From a virus (lineage: Duplodnaviria; Caudoviricetes), in the IMG/VR virus record IMGVR_UViG_3300011405_000014, positions 1 to 38,867 of that record: 38,867 nucleotides of DNA. One strand, 5' to 3'. The translations under genes and the position numbers were made by a program. The stretch's first letter is position 1; every line of letters begins with the position of its first letter. This document shows, piece after piece, positions 1-7,955 of the stretch. The notes beneath the pieces were generated by a model. The model saw only the letters and a program-made list of their open reading frames with translations, was not told the DNA's origin and ran no database searches.

Positions 1-351
1 CAGCAACGCCCGCGCCTTCTCGGTCAGCGTGGCGAGGCGGGATTCTGCTTGCTTTACCGTCTCGCGCAACATCCTCTGTGCATCATCAATTTGTTCAAGC
101 GCGGCCTCCTTCCCAAAGTTATTCGACCACTCTGGACTCTCACCTGTGATGAGATAGTAGGCTTGGCTCAATGCTTCTTCGGCTGCATCGCGTTCATCGA
201 TAGTCTGCAAATGTGCGCGCTCTACCCGCTCCGCGTTCTGCGCGAGGCCGAGTCGAAACGCTGCGTGTAACGCTTCTCGCAAATCGCCCGTGACAGGACA
301 CGTTGCGCTGTAGACCAACTCGTCAGCTTGCTCCTGCGTCAGCCTATCCAT
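1..351 (-). CDS. Ead/Ea22-like early protein (partial, runs off window)
   Basis: Translated by hand from ATG at 351: MDRLTQEQADELVYS...TIDERDAAEEALSQAYYLITGESPEWSNNFG..., open to position 1; the IDERD...TGE.PEWSN.FG block resembles lambdoid/P22 Ead-Ea22-like proteins. Confidence 0.65.
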   Translation of the reverse strand, partial: MDRLTQEQADELVYSATCPVTGDLREALHAAFRLGLAQNAERVERAHLQTIDERDAAEEALSQAYYLITGESPEWSNNFGKEAALEQIDDAQRMLRETVKQAESRLATLTEKARALL

Positions 352-598
352 CTCGCGGCTCCCGTTTGCGCCTGCGTGTTGCAGCGGTTGCGCGGTTGTC
401 GCGATAGACTTGCAACACAACTCGAAACGCTCTGAGATTTAGAGCGCGACCAGTCCATGACCCGTCTTTATGGCGTGTTGTCACCTTCAACGCAGTGAAA
501 TCGATTCGATGAACTAGTCCACAGTCGCAACAGCGCAACTTGTATCCGCGCATAACTGGGTAAATGTCCTCTCCAGCCTCAGGACTTTCGTATTTCAT
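344..598 (-). CDS. hypothetical phage protein with CCDCGLVH putative metal-binding motif
   Basis: Start at 598 (MKYESPEAG) forms an ATGA overlap with the stop of the upstream gene; 84 aa. Confidence 0.7.
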   Translation of the reverse strand: MKYESPEAGEDIYPVMRGYKLRCCDCGLVHRIDFTALKVTTRHKDGSWTGRALNLRAFRVVLQVYRDNRATAATRRRKREPRDG

Positions 599-1002
599 CC
601 TCGCGGCTCCTTGAGGGCGGCATCGGTCTGGAATAGAAACTCCATCGCATCCGAATCCTCGGTGAAGAACGAACTGTCGCCAAAGTCGAATCGCCACTGC
701 CTGAGTAATCGCTTGAGCGTCGCGTTCTCGGCCGCGAGGCGGTCGCGGGCGGCTTTCATGTCCGCGAAACTGGTGACCAAGGTATCGCATGCTTTTCGCA
801 ATTCGCTGTAGTGGCAGCCATCAATCTGACATGGAGCCATCAACGCGGCTAACTCCGACCGCGCAGCCGCGAGGTCGCGCTCAAGCTGGCGGGCAAATGC
901 GTAGCAATCCGACAACATCTGCGACCGATCCCGTAATGCGTTCGCAGGATGCTGCGACCGGATTAGTTCATCACATCGCGGCGTATCGCTTGGCTCGGTC
1001 AT
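595..1002 (-). CDS. hypothetical phage early protein (SDTPR...FARQLER coiled-coil type)
   Basis: ORF track; ATGA overlaps on both sides; N-terminal motif common in phage early genes. Confidence 0.75.
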   Translation of the reverse strand: MTEPSDTPRCDELIRSQHPANALRDRSQMLSDCYAFARQLERDLAAARSELAALMAPCQIDGCHYSELRKACDTLVTSFADMKAARDRLAAENATLKRLLRQWRFDFGDSSFFTEDSDAMEFLFQTDAALKEPRG

Positions 1003-1814
1003 GCTGTTTGCTCTTCACGCACGAAGCTCGGATCGTACTTGTTCTTTGCCTTCCACAGCGCCAGGCAGGCATCGAACATGGCTAGACCGCGCTCGAGATC
1101 GGCTTGCTTATGCATGGCAAGGTACGACTCGCCCGGGTTCTTGACGTTGACGAACAGGTTGCCGCAGGCTGCGCGCGGTTGCCCGATGCCGCGACGGTAG
1201 GCTGCGAGTTGCATCGAGTGCTCATCGTAGATGCCGGGCAGCTTGTCAGTCCATTCCTTGGTCTTGATGTCGATCACCACGCCATCGTGCGCAACAAAGT
1301 TGAGGTCGAGCTTGCCACCATAGCCCAGTGGATGGGCGAACGATTGCTCTGGGATCCAGCGTGCGTTCGGGAAGTACTCATCGAGCGTCTCGACCGCGCC
1401 TTGGACATGGCGCAGGAACTCAGGCGCCGGCGGCACGCCTTCGTAGTGCCCCTGCACGGCCGCATGCACGGCCGTGCCGTATTCGGCAGCCTTGCGCGCA
1501 TGCTCGCGACTGTCCTGCCATACGCGCGCCATCCATGACTTCTCAGGCTCGTGCGGCAGCCGCGGCAGAGTAAGTGTTGCCATCATCAGCGACTCTTGCT
1601 TGTAGTGCTCGAGCCCCGGCGCTGCCATCAGTTTGATGAGGCCGGATACGCTCGGGCAGAACAGGTTCTCGGGCTTCCTGGCATCGCGCAACGTGGTGTC
1701 ACGCACGATGCCGTTCGCCCCCATGATAGTGTAGACGGGTGAACCGTCACGCCGATACCAGTGCCCGGATTCCGCCGATCGCAAGGTATCGGTTGTTTCA
1801 GACCAGATCGCCAT
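999..1814 (-). CDS. PD-(D/E)XK (RecB/Cas4-like) phage exonuclease
   Basis: PSVS, GTAVH, E-x9-GKLDL, IDIKT and QLAAY motifs of RecB-family nucleases. Confidence 0.85.
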   Translation of the reverse strand: MAIWSETTDTLRSAESGHWYRRDGSPVYTIMGANGIVRDTTLRDARKPENLFCPSVSGLIKLMAAPGLEHYKQESLMMATLTLPRLPHEPEKSWMARVWQDSREHARKAAEYGTAVHAAVQGHYEGVPPAPEFLRHVQGAVETLDEYFPNARWIPEQSFAHPLGYGGKLDLNFVAHDGVVIDIKTKEWTDKLPGIYDEHSMQLAAYRRGIGQPRAACGNLFVNVKNPGESYLAMHKQADLERGLAMFDACLALWKAKNKYDPSFVREEQTA

Positions 1815-1846
1815 TTCTTTTTTTCGCCTGATTTAGAAATATGACA

Positions 1847-2512
1847 TCAGAATGGGATGTCCGATTCCATGTCCTGAATGCCCGTCATCGGATCATCCTT
1901 GCCTTTCATCACACCGCTCTTCAGATCCTTGTATTCATCGCTCTTGGCAATGATGTTGCGAATACCTTCAGGAATCGCCTGGAAGGTTTCCTCGTCGTAT
2001 TCGTCCAACCAGAACGCAAACTGCGGGTTGGACATGGCCGGCGCCTTCACGCCTTTGGGCATGGGTGCGATCGATGCAACGCGCGCTTTCTTGTTCTCAT
2101 TGTGGATCACGTTCAGCATGCACGGTGCGCCGATGATCTTGGCAAGATCCCAGCCCTTCAGGTCGGCCTCTGTGAACGGTACGCCACGCCATGCCTCGAG
2201 CGCGGGGCGCAGCTTGCTCTTCTCCGACAGGGAATTGGTATAGAACTCGGAGACGATGAACGGCTCGCCGTTATCCATCTTTTCGTTGCAGAGCTCCCAG
2301 CTGATGAGAATCTGACTGCGTGTTACGGGCTGCCCCTGGTACTCGCTGTGCTGCGTGCCGAGGTCGATGATGCGGTAGCACCTCGCAACATGATTACCGA
2401 CCGGCGCCTGCGCGAAGTCACCGCCACCACTATCTTTTGCCATGCGTCCCATGTCTTGCTCCTGTTGATATTGTCCACCTTGTTGCCAGTATTGGATGCC
2501 GCCGTCGTTCAT
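1847..2512 (-). CDS. ssDNA-binding/recombination-replication protein (NGO0469-like)
   Basis: PVGNHVARCYRIIDLGTQ motif and acidic SSB-like tail ESDIPF; adjacent to exonuclease; alternative start 2452 has AGGAG RBS. Confidence 0.7.
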   Translation of the reverse strand: MNDGGIQYWQQGGQYQQEQDMGRMAKDSGGGDFAQAPVGNHVARCYRIIDLGTQHSEYQGQPVTRSQILISWELCNEKMDNGEPFIVSEFYTNSLSEKSKLRPALEAWRGVPFTEADLKGWDLAKIIGAPCMLNVIHNENKKARVASIAPMPKGVKAPAMSNPQFAFWLDEYDEETFQAIPEGIRNIIAKSDEYKDLKSGVMKGKDDPMTGIQDMESDIPF

Positions 2513-2652
2513 GGCATCCCTGCTCTAAGCCGTGCCGCATTGTCCCGCGTCGACTGAATCGTATCGTAGGCGAGGCTCACCAGATGATCCACCTGACGCG
2601 TCCATGTCGGCGCGGTGTAGATCAGGATGGCGATGATCAGGTAGCGAATCAT
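2509..2652 (-). CDS. small hypothetical protein with hydrophobic N-terminus
   Basis: Hand translation MIRYLIIAILIYTAPTWTRQVDHLVSLAYDTIQSTRDNAARLRAGMP (47 aa); ATGA overlaps at both ends. Confidence 0.6.
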   Translation of the reverse strand: MIRYLIIAILIYTAPTWTRQVDHLVSLAYDTIQSTRDNAARLRAGMP

Positions 2653-2840
2653 ATGGACCGCTCTGCGATCATGGCATCGGCCGCAGCGTATGCTTCAGTT
2701 GCCAAATGGGCCCATGACATGTCAGCCGTGTCATCGTTTGCGATCAATCCTTGCATCGCAGCCGCGGCGAAGTAATCGCGTAGCGTCACGCTATTCAGTG
2801 CTGCGCGCAGACCTTCGATCTTGATCTCCTCGTCGTCCAT
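2649..2840 (-). CDS. conserved small phage protein (LRDYFAAxAMQG...AYxxADAM family)
   Basis: Recognisable widespread phage motif; start 2840 coupled to upstream stop. Confidence 0.8.
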   Translation of the reverse strand: MDDEEIKIEGLRAALNSVTLRDYFAAAAMQGLIANDDTADMSWAHLATEAYAAADAMIAERSI

Positions 2841-3019
2841 CACATCCCCAGCACGAACCAGAACCACGCGCCAACAACGATCGCGCCAACGATTGCACCA
2901 AGCACGGTGCCGCAGATCGTACCCAAGGTCGGATGCGGTTCGCTGAACTGCAGCGGGCCGATCAGTCCCGCATCCTTGGCGGAACGATTGAATCGAAGCG
3001 TACGATTGCTGTTGTCCAT
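2840..3019 (-). CDS. small membrane protein
   Basis: MDNSNRTLRF... with AGGGGG RBS; C-terminal hydrophobic helix TVLGAIVGAIVVGAWFWFVL. Confidence 0.7.
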   Translation of the reverse strand: MDNSNRTLRFNRSAKDAGLIGPLQFSEPHPTLGTICGTVLGAIVGAIVVGAWFWFVLGM

Positions 3020-3045
3020 GATCACCCCCTTGTTGAGATATCGCG

Positions 3046-3096
3046 AGTTTAGCCTTCTATACTGACTTGTCAAGCGATAGTTTAGTAGGGTATAAC
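3046..3096. promoter_or_regulatory. back-to-back sigma70-type promoters with two operator-like sites
   Basis: Leftward TTGACA(3073-3068)-16 nt-TAAACT(3051-3046); rightward TTGTCA(3067-3072)-18 nt-TATAAC(3091-3096); TTTAG-N4-CTATA at 3048-3061 and TTTAG-N4-GTATA at 3081-3094. Confidence 0.7.
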
Positions 3097-3103
3097 GTAT
3101 CCA

Positions 3104-3841
3104 ATGAATGTTATCTCATCAAGCTACGGAAACGACTCGGTTGCACTCATTCGCTGGGCGATTGAGGCGTCTTTGTCTAACGTGCATGTCGTCTATTGCG
3201 ACACCGGGTGGGCATCGCCAGGGTGGCCGCAACGCGTCGAGAAGATGTCTGCGCTCGCGCGCTCCTATGGGTTTCAGACGCACACCGCGAAGTCCATGGG
3301 GATGGAGGAGTTGGTTCGTTTCAAGAAAGGGTTCCCTGGCAACGGTCTTCAGTTCTGCACGCAGCATCTCAAAGGGGTTCCGTTCCTTCAGTGGATCGAT
3401 GAGGCCGACCCGTCGTTTGAGGCGGTCGTTCTCATCGGCAAGCGAAGAGCGGAAAGCCATGCCCGTGCTCAGACACCGGAATTCATCGACGCTTCGGAGT
3501 ACCACGGCGGTCGCAAGGTGTGGCATCCGCTGTACCTGCACACCGATGAGGAGCGCAACGGGCTACTTGAGCGCGCTGGCGTCGAGGTGCTGCCGCATCG
3601 AAGTCTGGAGTGCAACCCGTGTGTCAACGGTAATCGCGCTGACTTCCTGCGTCTCACGCCTGGTGAGATCGAGCGCGTCAATGACCTTGAGGTCGAAATC
3701 GGCAAACCCATGTTCAGGCCGAAGCGATTCAATGCGCTCGGGATTCATGGGGTGATTATGTGGGCGCGAGACGGGCGCAGTCGTGCCTCGATCGACAACG
3801 AGGAACAGACATGCGCCGGTTTGTTCGGATGCGGATTATGA
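3104..3841 (+). CDS. PAPS-reductase-family (PP-loop, DndC-like) protein
   Basis: SSSYGNDS PP-loop, YCDTGW, FCTQHLK, GKRRAES, HPL, ECNPC motifs. Confidence 0.85.
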   Translation: MNVISSSYGNDSVALIRWAIEASLSNVHVVYCDTGWASPGWPQRVEKMSALARSYGFQTHTAKSMGMEELVRFKKGFPGNGLQFCTQHLKGVPFLQWIDEADPSFEAVVLIGKRRAESHARAQTPEFIDASEYHGGRKVWHPLYLHTDEERNGLLERAGVEVLPHRSLECNPCVNGNRADFLRLTPGEIERVNDLEVEIGKPMFRPKRFNALGIHGVIMWARDGRSRASIDNEEQTCAGLFGCGL

Positions 3842-4035
3842 TGAACATCGATCTTATCTCCAAGCACTTTGGCGGCGACATTGCGATGGCACGAGCCATT
3901 GGCGTGACTGTCGGCGCGATCAGTCAGTGGCGAACGGCGGGATCGATACCGCGGTTGCGCCAGTATCAGATCGAGGTGATCACCGCGGGACTGTTCCAGG
4001 CCTCGAGCAATGGCAAGAAGCGCAAGCGCGCCTAG
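3838..4035 (+). CDS. Cro/YdaS-like HTH transcriptional regulator
   Basis: HFGGDIAMARAIGVTVGAISQW...IPRLRQYQIEVITAG; start 3838 overlaps upstream stop. Confidence 0.85.
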   Translation: MMNIDLISKHFGGDIAMARAIGVTVGAISQWRTAGSIPRLRQYQIEVITAGLFQASSNGKKRKRA

Positions 4036-4432
4036 GCTGCGCCTTACTGCGCCGCTCCCGTCCGAGCTCCAGGAGCAGATTGCGGTGGTGGATTGGTTCA
4101 GGTGGTGGGCACCGACCATGAGCATCGACAGTCGTCTGCTATTCAGCATAGCCAATGGGGCGTACCTGAATGGCGATGCGATTGCCAGAGCACGCCAGAT
4201 GGCGAAGCTGAAGGCGTCCGGGCTGGTGCCGGCGGTGCCGGATCTGGAGCTCGCCCTGCCGACCAGGCTATGGCCCGGCATGTTCATCGAGATGAAGCGA
4301 CAGGATGGGCGTGCGACACCAGAGCAGATCGACATGCTGAGTCTGCTGCGCGGCAGGGGCTACAACTGCATCCTTGCCTTGGGTGCGGATGAAGCGATTC
4401 GGGCAATCAAGGGATATGTGGCGGGGCGATAA
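4010..4432 (+). CDS. VRR-NUC domain nuclease (probable junction resolvase)
   Basis: SExxEQ, FSIANG, GLVPAVPDL, FIEMK, GRATPEQ motifs. Confidence 0.85.
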   Translation: MARSASAPRLRLTAPLPSELQEQIAVVDWFRWWAPTMSIDSRLLFSIANGAYLNGDAIARARQMAKLKASGLVPAVPDLELALPTRLWPGMFIEMKRQDGRATPEQIDMLSLLRGRGYNCILALGADEAIRAIKGYVAGR

Positions 4433-4434
4433 TC

Positions 4435-4872
4435 ATGTTGATCGAGACGCATCGAGCAGATATTGCCACGTTCTCCGTGACGATCCAGGCGCTACACGTC
4501 AACAGCAAGCAAATGACCTTGGCTGTATTCCGTCAATTGCCGGTGGACAATTGGCAACCTGGTGATGAACCGTGGGGGATTGTTAAATACGACATTAAAG
4601 ACCAAGGCGACGAATGGGTTGTGTTTTCTCGTGAGAATCAATTGTTTCGTCGAACGTTGATCCGCAGTCAAGCTAATGCGTTTTCGTCTGACCTGTATTA
4701 CGCCGAGAGAAACTTATTATTGGCAAGAACCTATAAAGACAGTTCCAAAGAACAGGCGGCGTATGACGCAACAAAGCGCGACTATGATCTCTCGGCCCTA
4801 GAGAACAAGGCTGCAATTGAGCGCGATACGGCCATTGAACGAGCGCGGCCGCAGCTCTTTATTGCGGTTTAA
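4435..4872 (+). CDS. hypothetical phage protein (KQMTLAVFRQL...QLFIAV type)
   Basis: ORF track; in operon; visibly more AT-rich than neighbours. Confidence 0.75.
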   Translation: MLIETHRADIATFSVTIQALHVNSKQMTLAVFRQLPVDNWQPGDEPWGIVKYDIKDQGDEWVVFSRENQLFRRTLIRSQANAFSSDLYYAERNLLLARTYKDSSKEQAAYDATKRDYDLSALENKAAIERDTAIERARPQLFIAV

Positions 4873-4898
4873 GCGATGACCAACTATGCAGGGAGTCG

Positions 4899-5048
4899 AT
4901 GAAGATAGCGGTGATGAACGGCTGGAAGGCTGCCCCGCATTGCTGGTGGCGATATCTGGTATCTCCAATCAGGTGGGACCACAGTCGACTTTGGATCATG
5001 GTGCAAATTTTTGGGTTTGCCATCTTCATTTTTAGAAGCCGTCGATGA
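4899..5048 (+). CDS. small Trp-rich/hydrophobic protein
   Basis: Hand translation MKIAVMNGWKAAPHCWWRYLVSPIRWDHSRLWIMVQIFGFAIFIFRSRR; GGGAG upstream; ATGA overlap with next gene. Confidence 0.5.
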   Translation: MKIAVMNGWKAAPHCWWRYLVSPIRWDHSRLWIMVQIFGFAIFIFRSRR

Positions 5049-5239
5049 CCAACTACAGCGACAGCCTGCTATCCACCCAGCGCTGCCTGAAGCGCTCGAG
5101 CGAGATGGCTGCGCTACGCGATTACACCGGTGCGCTGGAGCAGTTGGAGATGGCGAAGATCTGGCTGGGTGATCTGCGGCGGGCGCTGGAGTGTGCCCAG
5201 CACGATCGGCAGTTGACAGAGGGTGATATAGAGAAATAA
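5045..5239 (+). CDS. hypothetical protein
   Basis: ORF track, 64 aa, helical, translationally coupled. Confidence 0.65.
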   Translation: MTNYSDSLLSTQRCLKRSSEMAALRDYTGALEQLEMAKIWLGDLRRALECAQHDRQLTEGDIEK

Positions 5240-5252
5240 CATTGCGGTATCG

Positions 5253-5590
5253 GTCGGCGCTTACCCGACATGACAAAAGCCTTGTCTCATGCTGTTACCG
5301 CCAGTGGCGCAGCCATACACGCGCCCCTGGGTAAGCCGGTTACAGCAGCAGACAGGGCTTTTTTGTTTTACGTACTCCGCACGATAGCAGTGGGCTTGCA
5401 TGGGCCGCTCGGAGCGATTACACCGGTCCCTTACCCCCGGGTTAGACCGACGCGTCGTAGTAGCAGCGAACGCAGCAAGCTATGGGACAAGGAGCCAACC
5501 CATAGCGAGTTACTGCTACCCACTAGGCACTTGGGCAGGGCTGGGACAGATGATGCCTACCTGCTGGAGCGGAGGGTTCACAGGGAACCC
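5253..5590 (+). ncRNA. candidate structured RNA upstream of the replication initiator
   Basis: Long hairpin 5273-5366 plus a multibranch domain closed by CTCCGC/GCGGAG (5375-5380/5569-5574) and AGCAG/CTGCT; inner stems GTAGCAG/CTGCTAC and GCTATGGG/CCCATAGC; strand assumed from operon direction. Confidence 0.5.
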
Positions 5591-5790
5591 CCCTTGGTTA
5601 GCTTTACCCTGAATTTACCGATGTCACCAGATGAGAAAAACAGCCATCGCGTGACGCTCGATTCCGTATCAAAATGATCGGCTAGCAGCACACACATAAC
5701 GAGAATTCCGCACGTCGCGTTGGGGGCTTTACGCTGGGGGCAATAGCGCATGGATGATGGCAGGGTTGGGCTGCTGCGCTGGGGTGTCCG

Positions 5791-6354
5791 ATGCTGACAC
5801 CGGAAGATCTGATGATGCTGCGCGAGCTATTCACCGAGGTGGTCAGGACCGAGCTCGAGCGCTTCAAAGCTGCCCGCGGCACGGGTGCAGAACGCACCAA
5901 ACGCTGGCGCGAGAAGCGATCAGGTGTCACCGTGACGTCACGCAAAACGTCACGTCCTACTGGGGAAAAGCGTCACGGTGACGTCACACAGGTGTCACGT
6001 CCTACAAATGGACGCGCATCCAGCACGCCGGTCTGGCTCGCCTATGCCGAAGCGTACCGGCAGCGCTACGGTGTCGAGCCCACCCGTAATGCCAAGGTGA
6101 ACGGGCAGCTATCTCAACTGGTCAAGCGGCTGGGTGAGGACGCCGCGCCGGTCGCGGCCTGGTTCATTGGCCACGGGGCGAGCCGGTATGTGGCGGCAGG
6201 GCACACGGTGGGGCTGATGCTGATGGATGCCGAAAAGTTGCACACCGAATGGCGTACGGGGCGACGGGTGACGGCAACGGCCGCGGTGCAGAGTGATCGC
6301 ACGCAGGCCAACGGCGATATCTGGGGCAAGTTGATCGAGGAGGCGCGGGGATGA
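5791..6354 (+). CDS. replication initiator (lambda O-like position)
   Basis: WLAYAEAYRQRYGVEPTRNAKVNGQL...DAEKLHTEWRTGR block typical of phage replication proteins; internal DNA iterons. Confidence 0.75.
   Translation: MLTPEDLMMLRELFTEVVRTELERFKAARGTGAERTKRWREKRSGVTVTSRKTSRPTGEKRHGDVTQVSRPTNGRASSTPVWLAYAEAYRQRYGVEPTRNAKVNGQLSQLVKRLGEDAAPVAAWFIGHGASRYVAAGHTVGLMLMDAEKLHTEWRTGRRVTATAAVQSDRTQANGDIWGKLIEEARG
5921..6005. repeat. iteron array, probable replication origin
   Basis: Six GTCAC cores; GTCAC(C/G)GTGACGTCAC twice (5926-5941, 5972-5987), GTCACGTCCTAC twice, CAGGTGTCAC twice; inside initiator gene as for lambda ori. Confidence 0.7.
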
Positions 6355-7715
6355 ACTATCTCAGCGTCTGTTCCGGCATCGAGGCAGCAACCGTTGCCTG
6401 GCATCCGCTCGGGTGGAAAGCCGTCGGCTACTCCGAGATCGACAAGTTCCCGTCTGCCGTGCTCGCGCATCACTATCCGAATACGCCGAATTTTGGGGAT
6501 ATGAATGGATTCAGGCAATGGCCCGATGCTCGACCAGATGTCCTTGTGGGAGGAACTCCCTGTCAGTCCTTCTCAGTCGCAGGACTCAGAGCAGGATTGG
6601 CAGACCCGCGTGGCAACCTCATGCTCACGTATCTTGCCATTGCTGCAAGATTTAGCCCCCGCTGGCTGGTTTGGGAGAACGTCCCCGGTGTCCTGTCCTC
6701 GAACGGCGGACGCGATTTTGGAACCTTCCTCTGGGGCTTGGGCGAGCTCGGGTATGGGTTCGCCTACCGAGTTCTTGACGCTCAGTATTTCAACCTGGCC
6801 CAGCGACGGGCACGCGTGTTCGTTGTCGGATGTCTTGGAGGATGGCAGCGTGCCGCAGCGGTACTTTTTGAGCGCGCGAGCCTGTCAGGGCATCCTGCGC
6901 CGAGCAGAGAAAAGGGGCAAAGAGTTGCCGCCTACGCTCCGAGCGGCATTGGAGAGTATCGCGAAGGGTTCGGAACCCTTCGCGAAAGCGGTGGAGACTG
7001 TGGGAACGGATCTGAGACGCTCATCGCCCCCACCCTCCCGTCGCGCTCCAGTGCCGACGGCGGACTCGGCACAGATTTTGATTGCGATGGGGGATTGATC
7101 TCGACGCATCGCATGACCGCGGGCACGGGGCGGGGCACGCCGATTGTGCCGGTAGTCGCGCCATGCCTGACGCAGAACTACGGCAAGCAGCCGGACAACA
7201 GCGACACCAGCGCGGGGCCGATGCTGGTCGCCTTCGCCCAGAACCAGCGCGGCGAGATTGCAACGAGCGACACGATGGGATCGCTGAAGGTCGGCGGCGG
7301 CAAGCCGGGGCAGGGCTATCCGGCGATTGCCTTCCACAACCGCCAAGACCCGGACCTCTCGGGTGCGGTAACGCACCCGAGAGGCGCCAAGGACAACGGG
7401 ATGGCGGTGGCGTTTCAGGACGTTGCTCAACCCATACGCGGGAATATTCATAACAACAGCGATCCTGGTATGGAAGCGCGGATGCACATTCAGCAAGGCA
7501 TGGGCGTGCGCCGCCTTACCCCACGCGAGTGCGAGCGCCTGCAAGGCTTTCCAGACGACTACACGCTGATCCCGTACCGCGGCAAGCCTGCCGCTGACGG
7601 GCCGCGCTACAAGGCTCTGGGCAACTCGATGGCCGTGCCGTGCATGCACTGGATCGGTGAGCGGATTGCGCAGGTAGATGCGATCTGCAAAGCAGATGAG
7701 GAGGTGGCGGCATGA
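6351..7715 (+). CDS. C5 DNA cytosine methyltransferase
   Basis: Motif I SVCSGIEA, IV GGTPCQSFS, VI ENVPG, VIII AQRRARVF, IX RRLTPRECERLQGFPD, X YKALGNS; long variable region. Confidence 0.95.
   Translation: MNYLSVCSGIEAATVAWHPLGWKAVGYSEIDKFPSAVLAHHYPNTPNFGDMNGFRQWPDARPDVLVGGTPCQSFSVAGLRAGLADPRGNLMLTYLAIAARFSPRWLVWENVPGVLSSNGGRDFGTFLWGLGELGYGFAYRVLDAQYFNLAQRRARVFVVGCLGGWQRAAAVLFERASLSGHPAPSREKGQRVAAYAPSGIGEYREGFGTLRESGGDCGNGSETLIAPTLPSRSSADGGLGTDFDCDGGLISTHRMTAGTGRGTPIVPVVAPCLTQNYGKQPDNSDTSAGPMLVAFAQNQRGEIATSDTMGSLKVGGGKPGQGYPAIAFHNRQDPDLSGAVTHPRGAKDNGMAVAFQDVAQPIRGNIHNNSDPGMEARMHIQQGMGVRRLTPRECERLQGFPDDYTLIPYRGKPAADGPRYKALGNSMAVPCMHWIGERIAQVDAICKADEEVAA
6505..7098 (+). CDS. nested alternative-frame ORF resembling the M.EcoHK31I beta polypeptide
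   Basis: WASSGM...CSLSDVLEDGSVPQRYFLSARACQGILRRAEKRGKELP in the +1 frame inside the methyltransferase gene. Confidence 0.65.
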   Translation: MDSGNGPMLDQMSLWEELPVSPSQSQDSEQDWQTRVATSCSRILPLLQDLAPAGWFGRTSPVSCPRTADAILEPSSGAWASSGMGSPTEFLTLSISTWPSDGHACSLSDVLEDGSVPQRYFLSARACQGILRRAEKRGKELPPTLRAALESIAKGSEPFAKAVETVGTDLRRSSPPPSRRAPVPTADSAQILIAMGD

Positions 7716-7837
7716 AATGCGCGCACTGCGTCCACTCGGAAGGCAGACTGACGGGGCTGTGGTGCCGGTTGCGCGGCGCGATGGCGATTCAAGTGTGCAG
7801 GCACTGGCAACGGGCTACTGGGAGCGACGATGAATGA
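7712..7837 (+). CDS. small Cys-rich protein
   Basis: Hand translation MKCAHCVHSEGRLTGLWCRLRGAMAIQVCRHWQRATGSDDE; GGAGG RBS; ATGA overlap. Confidence 0.65.
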   Translation: MKCAHCVHSEGRLTGLWCRLRGAMAIQVCRHWQRATGSDDE

Positions 7838-7955
7838 TGACAAGGCTGAAATAGATTACCTGCTGGAAGCATTGGCGATTGCACGGGCACGGATCACGGC
7901 GCTCGAGGCCGAATTGGCGGCATTGAAGGCAAAACAGGCTAATTCCGATGAATGA
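7830..7955 (+). CDS. small coiled-coil protein
   Basis: Hand translation MNDDKAEIDYLLEALAIARARITALEAELAALKAKQANSDE; GGGAG RBS; 8-nt overlaps both sides. Confidence 0.6.
   Translation: MNDDKAEIDYLLEALAIARARITALEAELAALKAKQANSDE

Noticed and set aside
999-1814. Cas4 as part of a CRISPR system
   Set aside because: No array or other cas genes; context beside an SSB-like gene indicates recombination exonuclease
3108-3755. 215-aa overlapping ORF in the PAPS-family gene
   Set aside because: Arg/Ser-rich off-frame translation without motifs, unlike the nested ORF at 6505
3104-3841. Complete Dnd/Ssp phosphorothioation system or sulfate assimilation operon
   Set aside because: No cysteine desulfurase, DndD/E, SspBC or cys genes in the window
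5270-5677. 135-aa ORF across the structured region
   Set aside because: No RBS, atypical composition, spans a terminator-like T-tract; base pairing explains the region better, though coding is not excluded
6885-7649. 254-aa antisense ORF in methyltransferase
   Set aside because: Shadow ORF with no RBS or motifs
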